64,000 nucleotides of DNA, taken from Phoronis australis (lineage: Eukaryota; Animalia; Phoronida). The notes under the pieces were generated by a model. That model worked only from the letters and a program-made list of their open reading frames with translations, ran no database searches and was not told where the DNA came from. The DNA lies in contig NMRA01000055.1 in assembly GCA_002633005.1 (NCBI GenBank), forward strand, positions 924,282 through 988,281, written 5' to 3'. Within the stretch, counting starts at the first letter, position 1. Each line of letters begins with the position of its first letter. The position numbers were made by a program, and so were the translations under genes. Of this stretch, positions 1 to 11,200 are shown one piece after another.

Positions 1-3000
1 TCTCAAAAATCTTGGAGAGAGCTGACAGTAAACTCACTGTTGTCATGAAGCACAGCGCCTTGTTTATTATTTGAATACATATTTGTAAGAAGCAGTTCTC
101 GTGGACTAGTTAATGATAGAAAGAACATTAAACTTGCAGGTAATATGAATTTCTGTGTTTTAATTAGCCATACCAGATTGATTTTTGTAATTAAGAGTTT
201 ACATGAACAGGATGATGATTAAAAGACAATTACAACTGCAGGTGATACCAGTATCCGCTGATTTAATCAGTCACACCGTCTTGTATAAATTTCCAGTTGT
301 CATTTGATGTAGATAAGGCATGCGATTAAGACGAGGATTCACAATTAACTTCGAGATTGAACACCAAGGAACCTGCACGTGGTTAACTAAGCATCAGGTA
401 AACCACTTTTTCAAGAAAACTTTTCATTAAGAAATGAAAATTTTACCACTGGCGTAAGAACTCATGGATAGCTTGCAGGCGAGAAAAGGCTTTTGTACTA
501 TTTTAGTATGAACTCGAGATAAATGTCTTTAGCTTTGTGGCTGAGTACATTGCGGTTCACGCAGATGAGCAGTCAGACAAAATTCACACTTTGAAGTAAA
601 CAATTAATATAACTGCTTCGCTGTCCCATCGTGGTGTTTTCTCCAGTTTTCGATTCTGTTTAAGGTTCTCATTCGCTTGAAACAGATATAAACGGCTCAA
701 ATAAAAAATAACAACAAAAAAATCGCGGGCAGCTGAGTGATGGACCGGCAGTACGTTCCACCAGGAAGACGCTGAACTCGCAACAGGACAAAGGTCCAAA
801 ACTGCGAGTAAAGCACCTACTATTTCTTCAACTTACTTAACAATTCTTCAAATATCCGTAGATATTTCTTACATCTATGTTTCAACTTCTGACGTTGTTA
901 CACAGATTCAAAACTACGCAAAAATTCCCCCAAAATATCCCTAACAAGTCCTAAATCAACTACCCGTGTTCTATTCACTTTTCTTGCTCCTGCAAACGTG
1001 ACCTTTTCATTCATAGTGTTACTACATGAAAAGTGGAACGTGCATGTTCATTGGCTTGGAAAAAAATGGAAGCTTAAGTTCTAATTGGCTGTGCCGCAGA
1101 AAGACGTCTTGCTTTGGAAACCAATTGTCGTCGTTTAGTGAAATCTACCTACAATGCATGGTAGACGAAATAAAAACTGCCGCCAGCCACCTCGTTAGCT
1201 TGTGAACTTATTCGACGAGGTCTACCCAGTTTATGGGCCATCGCATCTTGCCTAGCTCAAGTCCTGGCTCCACGCGAGAACGTGCATTTTTCATTCTTGG
1301 TCCTTTTGCTTATACTTTAAAGCCTTCATACCATGGTCACCAATACTTGAACCCAGTTACCAACAATTTTGGTATGATATTTTAAGTATTTATTCTTCAA
1401 TATTTGTACCTGTAATCAAAAAATAAACGCAAGAGTTAAAAACTTTAAAATTTTGTGTGACGTCATTAGTGGAAGTCCGGTCTCCGCCACTGTGTTGTTC
1501 TACACCAGCCGTGAGCTGGAGTGGTCTGAGTGGTATCACGGGCAGTTATTGGTCTTCATCTGAACCGTCCACGGTAGAAATATATACGAACTAAGAGTAA
1601 TTGAGTGTAACTGAACCGAAATACACGCAGTAGCCGGGTTTTCACAGCGTTTTATTTCAGACAATGAACTGTCGATAAGCTCCGAACATCGATTAACAAT
1701 ACTAGTCGGCCATATTTTTGACAAGAAAATTACAAAAAAGATAGTTAAGTGTCAGATAGATCGTGAACATGAAAGACATGGTTTTTTCAGTCTTTCGATT
1801 TACTACAGATAAACGATTATTTCGAGTATGTCAGCCGGACAACGTTGCCACCTGTTCGTTTGGCTTCAGTCGTGTTTGTCTCCGTTCGAGTTTCTCGGCA
1901 TACCTGTTCCGAGATTGTGCTTCTTTTTACAACAGGTCCACCGATTCCAAAAACTTTTGCGTTAATCAGTCACCAATGCCTAGAACTACATTTAAGCGCC
2001 GCAATTTTCGAATCCATTCTTTTTAATTATTTACCGACCACGGCATTCAAGATGCCGTGGGAGAATTGCTTTCACGTCTTTTTTTAAAAGTCCGAGGAAT
2101 AAAGTTGCTAAAAATGAAGCCGCATACAAGCGTTCTTTATACTTGTATTTAGCCTGAATAATGCAAGTGTTTCGAATATACGACGACAATTTATATTTGC
2201 AGAAATGAAAAAGATAGATTTAAGATCACTTTTTCCAATACAATTACTAAGTCAAATTTTTGATGTTCCAAAGATCGTAAACTGTTGGTTATCATTCAAA
2301 ACACTGTTGCAATGGCAACAAAGAAGCATATGAAAATATCGATGATTTAAAGTAGAGGGAGCTTTACAAAGCACAAAATGCATCGTTACTCAACACCATT
2401 TTCGAGTATGAAAATGAAATTTGGGATCGACAATTCAAACCATACCAAAATTCCGGAAGTTGTTGCTTCAGTACTTTAATTAGCTGCTGGCATGCTATTG
2501 GCTGCAAATCTACTCGTGTGGTTAACTGTATCAACAGTAATCTCCCTTCGCGGGACTTGCACTGTCGGCTACACTCACCCGACGATACCGCTGTTCTGGT
2601 CCAGTGCAAGTATACATGGTCCTGCACCAAGTAAATACAGTATGTCTTCAATAACCCTTTATGGCCCTAGTGTGTACATCATTATTTTCGTTACGCTATT
2701 TATGTTGCGCTCTCGAAACTCCAGAGGCTCATCAAAAGGAAAAACTACTGCATTTGTTTTCCATTGTATTTAACACGCCCCATACACTAAGACGTACGTT
2801 GCCTGTCTATGATTCACTGGCAAACACTACTTGAATTGAAAATTACACTAACCTTGCTTTGCCTTTAACGTTCAATTTTTATGAAAATTTTGTATTTTTC
2901 AAGATTTGTAATGCCTTCTTAATTCATTATGCGCCGCATTTAAATTGTCTTAATGACCTTTGTTTTTAACAATTTTACACCAAGTGCGGCCGAGTGAGAA

Positions 3001-3045
3001 TTAAACGGTGTATGATTTTGTAATTTTACTTACCGTATTCATTGG

Positions 3046-3231
3046 TATAATGGTTTTAAATACGAAGTCTGTGTAATCAGTTTACTTCGCAGACACCGAT
3101 TTGGGAAAGTATAATTAATTTACCCTGTGAGAACGGTACGTGGAGAATTACCGGTAATTGTTTCTGGCTCACTGACCCGCTCGCCTTCTCTCACCGCGCA
3201 CGAGTAAATGAAGATTTAATTAATATTTCAG
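3046..3231 (+). promoter_or_regulatory. Putative core promoter, 5'UTR exon and first intron of the peptide precursor gene
   Basis: TATAA at 3046-3050, Inr-like TCAGTT at 3077-3082 about 30 nt downstream, donor ACG|GTACGT at 3136, acceptor TTTCAG at 3231, 11 nt before the ATG. Confidence 0.45.
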
Positions 3232-3242
3232 AAGGAAGGAAG

Positions 3243-3527
3243 ATGAAGTGCTCTCAGGTTCTCTTCACGCTTCTTATACTAACTTCTGTCGTCGTTTTGA
3301 CATCACAAGCCGCAGAAGTTCCCAGTAAACGTGCCTGTCCGCCGCCGTGTCGTTTGTCAGAAACAAAACGATGGATTCACACTACTCCTTCTGGTGGCGA
3401 AGAAGGAAAACGATGGATTCAGACTACTCCTGGCGGCGAAGAAGGAAAACGATGGATTCAGACTACTCCTGGCGGCGAAGAAGGAAAACGATGGATTCGG
3501 ACTACTCCTTCTGGAAGAAAGAAATGA
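3243..3527 (+). CDS. Secreted multi-copy peptide (neuropeptide/prohormone-like) precursor, 94 aa
   Basis: ATG in aagATGa context just after a ttttcag-type acceptor (3231). Hydrophobic signal peptide MKCSQVLFTLLILTSVVVLTSQA. Five KR sites plus terminal RKK. Units ACPPPCRLSET, WIHTTPSGGEEG, WIQTTPGGEEG x2 and WIRTTPSG, with Gly before the basic sites (amidation signal). Confidence 0.88.
   Translation: MKCSQVLFTLLILTSVVVLTSQAAEVPSKRACPPPCRLSETKRWIHTTPSGGEEGKRWIQTTPGGEEGKRWIQTTPGGEEGKRWIRTTPSGRKK
3366..3515 (+). repeat. Coding tandem repeat, 39-42 nt unit, about 4 copies
   Basis: Unit aaacgatggattcagactactcctggcggcgaagaagga. Copies at 3408-3446 and 3447-3485 are identical. Confidence 0.95.
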
Positions 3528-4132
3528 ATCAAAACTGGTCACCAGAGTAACTTTATTTGAAATTTACTCATTCGCAACATNGTCGTTACTATGATGCTTG
3601 ACAACTGACCAAGATGCCACAAAATATGATCTAACTTTTCGAAAACATTTATTTTGCACGGACATATTTTGCTTCGTCGCGGCGTATGGCAACGACCCAA
3701 CGCTTCCGAATCTCAACGTCTTTAGAGATTGTAAAGCAGACAGTTGCATGTCCGTATTTTTTTTAGCCGTTCGCGGAACAACACGGACTGAAACACAGAC
3801 TCCTAAGCCGATAAGCTAACAGAGCTATCGTAGCGAGCCTCGTTTTGGAACGCGCCTCCTGTCGGCGTGAATAGGGTCTATGTCGACGACTCAAATAGAA
3901 AATCTTGCAGAGCGGGTTCGAAACAGGCCTCGGTTTCCCGCCAAAATGTTATCTAACGCCGTGTAATAACTAAATGGGTTATTACACGGTTATATTGGCC
4001 ATTCGAGGCTAATATTGTGGTATAAATATAGATGATTAGATGGCGAAGTCGTTATCCCCCGTATTCTAGAGCCCGAGTGGATTTTGGAGAATTATTGAAA
4101 TCTTGGTTTTTAGCGAAGTCCCAGGGTTACTG

Positions 4133-4566
4133 TGCCCGTTTGCATGAAACAGTCTCAAATAGGGACTCGACTAAGTTCTCTAAATCTACTGCGTATTTTT
4201 GGACATGTAAAACACCAATTGTCCTTTCTTGTATTGTTTTAGTTTCATTGCTAAGTCAAGTTTTCACTTTGATACAACTCGAGAGTGAACTCTACGTTGA
4301 ATTGTCAATATTATCGGAAATAATTAGGGGGTCTTTTCATGCAACACCCCCAATTTAAGGACTGAGTCCCTATTTATTTTCAATGACCTCTGTGCTCAGT
4401 TTTTAGTAATAGTGTTAAAAAATGTCATTAATGAAAGAGGCGCTCATAATAAATATGAAATGATAGACAAATATTGCATCTGTGAGTCCATTAAGACACA
4501 AATACACAGAAAGACTTAGGAACCTTAGTTGAGTCCTTATTTGGGACTGTTTCATGCAACCGGCCA
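4133..4566. mobile_element. MITE, PIF/Harbinger-like
   Basis: About 50-bp imperfect TIRs (tgcccgtttgcatgaaacagtctcaaatagggactc... / ...gagtccttatttgggactgtttcatgcaaccggcca) flanked by a 3-bp TSD CTG (4130-4132, 4567-4569). Confidence 0.8.
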
Positions 4567-7500
4567 CTGAACTCTACCGTTCAGGCCTTTGTAAGTCCCG
4601 TGAAAGAAAAGGGGGCGGGTCGGGTTTGACAGCAGCCGTTTTGTGAACTCAATGGGAAGGGATTACCACGAATGGTATTCAGTTGTTCCTTTGAAGTTGT
4701 TTTTTTTTGAGTAAATTTAATCCAGAAATTTGGCCTCTGCTCTTGTCTACGACGGATACCGATGTGCCGTTATTTTCAGAGCACATCCTTGTTGAGCCCT
4801 TCAAGTTGGTGCGAATCCAGGGTGGAGCTCAGAACACTAGAACATCGCCGAAAGCAAGACTTCGTGATATTAGATGAAATATTGCCGTTTACTTTAAATG
4901 AGATCACGTGATTTTGGCTATATTTTGCGAAGTTCTACCATTAGTGAGAAATTGCCAAAAATCTGGTTGGTAATGACATATTTTAACTTCACGAATTTTC
5001 TGTAATCTAGTTAAAGAACATCCCGATCATGGTCTCCTTTCTTGCACCGGGGCCGTCTTGAATTTGTGATTTTAGGTAAAAATGGCTAAAATCGCACTTT
5101 TTGGTCATCTTAATGTGGCATCTCCTTTTTACCGGTGGACGTAGCAAACAAGACATGACTTTGTTGAATTCCTTCAACTTTGAGAAACCCCATGGAGAGC
5201 AGGCCTACTTTCTGTCAGTTATGCTTTTTTCAGGTGATAGGATTCAAACAAAGGCTTTCTTAACCTAGACCAGCGATAACGCCTAAGTCAGTCACTCGAA
5301 CTGTGGTCTTGGTTCTCATATCAGATGAGGAAGCGGAACCATGTTACGCACGCAAGAGACCTATATCGTCTTTGCCGGTTACACGCAAGACTTCGCGAGA
5401 TATCGCCATGTATTACAAGCGAAGCACATGTTCCTTGCTTACCGAGATTCATGCGTCTACGAAACTACCCTGTACTGAACCCAAAGCACCCGTTACTGGA
5501 AATGTTAATTTTAAAATTATTTAAAAATAATTAGCCTAGATATCCTGTTAAATATGTACCGAAAACCCACATATCTTATTGATTACGATGCAACTCAATT
5601 ACCTGTTTGTTTATGCAGTGTGTTCCTAGAATTTTATTTTTTTGTGTTAATTTTTGTAAGACTGTCTTTGTCAACGCTGAAGAGGGATGTAGTATCCTGG
5701 AGTGATTCATGTCACATAATTAACCATATACTAAATGATGACGTAGTATATTCTTGGAATATCCTGCTATTTGGGCATGTGTTCTAGGAATATTCTTCTT
5801 TAATGGTAACATCTTTAGCCTACTTGTATTGACACGTCATACGTGACAACCATTATGAAAGTCACGTGTAAAAATTTCATTGATAAAAAGCTGTTCTTTG
5901 GTTTAAAAGCAATACCGGCACTTTTGAAACAATCTGTGCTGGACGATTTAAACGAATTTAGGTGCCACGAATCTTCATGTACAGAAACAACCTTGCCGAC
6001 TAATCGCTGTGTTGCTAGGGTAGGCTCTCGAGGATTCTCTCACATTTTTACGAATTCTGGCGAAGCTAGGTCAAGGAAGCGCTCTGCGCGGGTAGAGCTC
6101 GCAAGAACTTCGCCGAGGTACATGTAGCTAGCTAGGGCAATAACGTTATGTACATGGGGACATCTCACAGTCTTGCGTTCTCGCCTCCACAGAACGCACG
6201 CCTCGCGTGTTCAACCCGTAACTTGAGGGCTGCGTACGAGTCAGTGCGACTCCAAAAACCACCGCAACGAAAAAATAAGACACTTAGTGCTTCTCAAGTC
6301 CAGAGGCGGAGTTCAAATCCCCCTCGGGACAAGATCAAAAATAAAAAAATTCAATGAAAACAAAATCAGCTACTTAAACCAAAAAATCTTCCCTCCGCTC
6401 CGGCGGCGCTACGCACCTCCAATTCGAGCGTATCCTAAACCCCGCCCCCTTAATGAAAACCTAGATCTGCCACTTTAGTCAGCATACACTTCTTTACCAA
6501 AATTTATATGCAGTTGCCACATTTTGCTTTTTTCACCACTTCTTTAGCAATATCCACATTTAAGGAGGTCCACTTATTGGATCACGTCTTCAAAAATGAC
6601 ACGTAGAAAAGGTCTCGTTTTTGGGGTCCCAGGTATGCTGCCTTAAGAACTTTTCCAAAATCCCTTGTAACACGGGTACTCACGTACATATTGAACGCCC
6701 AAAAGAGTGTAGTACCCTGTTGTCAGAGCAACCGCACAGAGGTATCTTACGGTAGTGGTGGGAGCAATATCGTAGTATACTGTAACAACTGAAATTCCAT
6801 TTTTAATTACTTAATTCATTCTCTAAAATGAAAGAAAACAACACAATCGAACATTATTACTTTTATTTTGCGTGAAGATTTCACGATGAAAAAGATGAAT
6901 GAAAACTGTACAAGAAAACACAATGAACATTGAACATGGCAGAAAACTGATCGTAATAAAAATAACCCTTTATTTACATTTAGAACCAACAGAGGCCGCA
7001 CTCGTTCGTATAATGTTATAGCTACTTTGATGAGTGGCAGATTTCAATACAAACATCACATTTGTTCATAAAATTTCACTAGTCCTCATTAGAAGACTTC
7101 CCATAAAATACAGAATGGATAAATAATTTAAGTAACTACCACTTTTTCACATCTCATCGTACTTAAGACAACATACACTCCACATATTCAGTATATCCTT
7201 TAAAGCTACTTCAAGTTTACTGATAGAGAATATTATTTCGCCTTAACCTCAAAGTACAGGTATGTTTAAAAGTGCAATAATTAAAAACTGTCTGGTAAAA
7301 TTATTAGCGGTGAAAAAAAAAGGATATCAGCTAGGGAAAACTCAAAAAGATCTCCCCACGACAGAATTGCACTAAAACACAAGTTCTAGGATAGGGCCAA
7401 AAATAGCATTGACCTTTTACAACCCAAATCTGAATTCTGCACGAATACGTCTGAACTCACCGATTTTAGAGCAACATCAGACCAATAAGCAGTAAAGGAA

Positions 7501-8079
7501 ACCCAACTTATTTCAGAAAAACCACGATCTTTCGAAAGACAAATGTGTCCACATTTTTGATTTCAGCTTATTAGTAACCATTTCAGTCAGTAAACACAAA
7601 CTATGAGAAATAAAAGTGTGTTTTCTTATTTCCCATAATAGACACTAAATGCAACCACTGTTAATCACTATGTTTATTTAACAATAAACAGAACTGTTCA
7701 AGAAGTCCCTAAAAATATGCACGTCAAGGTATACTCTTCAGGCTCAACATTCAAACCATGATAATTTAGACTAGGCTGCCAGGGTCAAATTTATCTTCTC
7801 TCTAGTTAAAGATCACAAAACTAAGCTGAAAATAGTCACAAATGGACGAGCAAAATCTCTTATAAAAACAAAATCTTGTGGCATCATGGAAGCCTTCTCT
7901 GAAAGGTCAGTAAATATTGAGACCCTCTATACCTCGCTGTGTCACATGGGCACGTCACGTGAGCTTGAATCAACTTCTACTATAACCACACTGATCTTGA
8001 AACAATTTGCCTCAATTGGCAAACTGTTTACGAAAGCCATTTAAAACTGGCTTATTCAAAAACTATTAAAAATAAAAAA

Positions 8080-8262
8080 CTATAACGCAAAATCATCGTC
8101 ACTGTCGTCAAAAGATTCTTCATCTTCTTCACTGGACGAGATGTACTTCTTCTTCTTTTTCTTAGATTTCTTCTTCTTTTCTTTCCTACTAGTGGAGTGG
8201 CTACGTTTCTCCTTCGCTTCCTTCACCTTAGCCAATGGAATGACGATCTTCAACTCTCTCAG
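8080..8262 (-). CDS. NIPBL: NIPBL terminal exon (distal; basic/acidic tail, TAG stop)
   Basis: cag acceptor, phase 0; LRELKIVIPLAKVKEAKEKRSHSTSRKEKKKKSKKKKKKYISSSEEDEESFDDSDDDFAL*. Confidence 0.85.
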   Translation of the reverse strand: MRELKIVIPLAKVKEAKEKRSHSTSRKEKKKKSKKKKKKYISSSEEDEESFDDSDDDFAL

Positions 8263-11200
8263 CTGTTGAGAACAAGAAAATATAGTGTTACAGCTGAACT
8301 TATTTAATTGTAACTAGGTAAAAAATGTGGACGAAATTTTAACACAAGGAAGACGCGATGTTTTGAATGTTGTGCACAAAAGAGCACTAGAAAAGAGAGA
8401 CGTAAAGGCCAAGAACTACTTAAAGGGGTCCCAGATTTTGAGTGGAGAAGACTGGTTCTCACAATGCAGGACCCCTGTAACTATTACCGTTATGCACAAA
8501 GAACTGTCAATGCCATGTCACTGTCAGTATGTCAATACTTCAAAAGCAGAACATAGTCAACCTTTTGCACTTGAGTAGATAAATGCTAATGGTCAAATCA
8601 AATACCAATTAGGAGAAAAATTGATCATGAACCAATTTTCTAGCTCGGCTTTTATTGTATATTAAAAAAGCATAAAAATGTTTCCAGGTGATAAGTGCGA
8701 TGGTCCCACCTGAGTGGCCTGTTCACTTTTGGTGCAACGTGGACCAGACTGTTTGTTTTTTTAACCTTAAGAGCAAAAACAAAACATCTGGCATGTACAT
8801 TGTTTAAATACTGACCGGGGACTTACTTCTTTACAAGAACCGCCAGATTCTTTTCTGCATATGATGTGGCGAAAACTGACATTATCAGTTCATCTCTTTC
8901 AAGTGTTTTCAACATACATGTTTATTATCAAACATTTTGAGACAGTTGATGACATCACCAACAAAAAGAATAGCGTTCAGGACGAACAGCAAATGTTCTT
9001 CCAGCAACTGTCAGCGTGTTTTACCAACAAAAACAAAACAAGAACGGAAACAACAATTATTAACAGGAAAATGGAAAAATTTTAACCTCAACTTCATCCG
9101 TTCACCTCTATTTACGTAAGATCGTAAAAATAACAGACTCGACAAATTCCATTCTGTACCAATCAAAAACTATCCGTCCAAACAGCACTTTGGACTGGAC
9201 ACGTGACAGACGAATTTGAACACTCACTATCTCTGTACCGATGAAGTTAACTCGTGACGAGAACTAACATAATCTAGAACAAAACTGGAAAACAACGCTG
9301 GAGGCAAAGACGCCCTAACAAGACAGACCACAACAGGCACTTCTGTTACTCCTCTTTACCGACTCTGGCCCGTTTTGTCTTAGATATTTTATTGGCAGTT
9401 TTGAATATTTTTTTGTCGGACTTGCTGGATGACCGTGTTACTCTCCGAGGCTAGAGAAGAAGGTGAACACCTCTGATAGTTATCCGTCAAATTAAGACAG
9501 AAAAGTTGCAAAATATTTCATTTAGTAAACTTTGGTAACAATACTTTCAGCAAACATGTAGTGAAAAAAATTTGACAGCTTTCGTTTAATTCAAGAAAGC
9601 GAAAATAAAATCTTGTGACTGGAGTTAAATCCATGAAGCGATCAGACAGTTACTTTACGGATCAAACTCCAATCACAAGATTTTTTTCGCCTCCTTAAAT
9701 GCAAATTATTCAAGATCGTGCGCAATGTCAAATTTTAAACACTACACATTTCATTTTAAGAGTTACTTGTACTTAAATGATGGCAATTTTCTTAATTTAA
9801 TTTTAAATCAACAATGCCCTTCTGTTCTATCATAAAATTCACTTGACAAACTGAACCGTTTTAAATCAATAAATGTACTGCAGTTGCAACTAATTAGACC
9901 AATCAAACTGAACTTAGCATTGGGTTTAAAATTTTCAACTATTGGAAGGGCTTGCCAACCTCATTCTTTGCCGAAGTGACACAAAACCCAATTACAGCAA
10001 GGAGCACTTTAAGGCCAGTTTGCATTTAGTTCTTTTGGACAGCTAAACAGAAGAAAATATAGTCCTAAGTTGGCTGATCACAGAAAACAGCTGTAAGTGA
10101 GAGCAACTGTCTACAAGGCAACAGAATCACACCAAATCACATGACCGTACTGGACACTGCGCAGACACATTCAGGAGGGCTGCATAATAGTCCGAAAGTT
10201 ATCCGCTACGCTGCTTTGACTAACCTTCAACAGTACATGCTAAAACAACAAAAGAAAATGACACTGGCCGAAACCGTAACTCTCCCCGTCGGGGCAGACG
10301 AAAGCAAGAGTAATTCAAGAGAGCAACAGGGTGGGTCCTTCTAGCCCACTATTTTCAGCTGCGATTACATAATAAGACGATAATCAAAAGCAGGAATTCT
10401 CCACTCACCGGAACCTGCGGTTCTGCAGCAGTATTGGACGGACCCGGCTGTTCTTCCTCCTCCTCTGACTCATCAGTGTCAGCAGCGCCATCTGGTGCCT
10501 CGTTGGCGCTCTCTTCGTCCGTCGCGTCATGGGTAGGCGGAGCCAGTTTGGTGCGGATCACGATAGGCGTGACGCGTCCCGTCGACTCATCCTCACTCGA
10601 CTCCGCCGGATCAATGCTCAGGATGAGCTCCTTGAACTGGCAAGGGAGATAATTACATAATTGGTGAATGACAAGGAGACAATGAGAAACTGGCTATCGA
10701 CAAGTCACAATTATTTATGCTAAAAAGTTAACATTTTGCACAAATGACACATAACATTTACCAGAAAAAGTATTGAACACGGAATTAGTTAACATCTAGC
10801 AAGGGTTCTGTTACACCAGAGCTGCATAGTTCATACAGGACCTTTGTAAAAATTCATAAGGATCATACGAGTGTTGTGAATACAGAGTAATTTACGAAAA
10901 AAACTTTTTACTGAACTTTCATAGAAGTGAGCGAAAAGTCAATTTGACACAATTTTAGCAACACATGCCAGATCACAAAGTAACCATTGAGCACGTTGGG
11001 TTCACAAGACTGGTCACTGCTTGTGTGCTTTCACATGTTTCAGGTAATGAGATCTAACTTCAGTGCCATCCATGCCTCCAGAATTTACATACAAATCTTT
11101 TGCTAAACTATTTATCAATGCAATGCATTTTGATGCTCATTTCAATCCTTTAATGTTGCATGATTGTCTCATAGTTTAACTCGCACCAAAAAGTATGTTG

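Noticed and set aside
1040-1470. ATTGG/CCAAT boxes and a perfect CRE (TGACGTCA, 1458-1465) upstream of the peptide gene
   Set aside because: Short motifs expected by chance, and they cannot be assigned to a gene from sequence alone.
2364-2773. Overlapping ORFs on both strands and a possible minus-strand mini-exon (about 2580-2631)
   Set aside because: No recognisable protein similarity and no partner exons.
3366-3515. CRISPR-like appearance of the short direct repeats
   Set aside because: No unique spacers, eukaryotic context, and the repeats are in-frame coding units.
3347-3550. Alternative-frame ORF reading (KTMDSDYSWRRRR)n, which resembles a polybasic-cleaved, Tyr-sulfation-type precursor; two other overlapping ORFs also span the repeat
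   Set aside because: No signal peptide and a non-ATG start. Open alternative frames are expected for a tandem repeat whose unit length is a multiple of 3.
3959-3989. Hairpin ccgtgtaataac-N7-gttattacacgg downstream of the peptide gene
   Set aside because: Most likely part of a common palindromic repeat; no evidence for an RNA gene.
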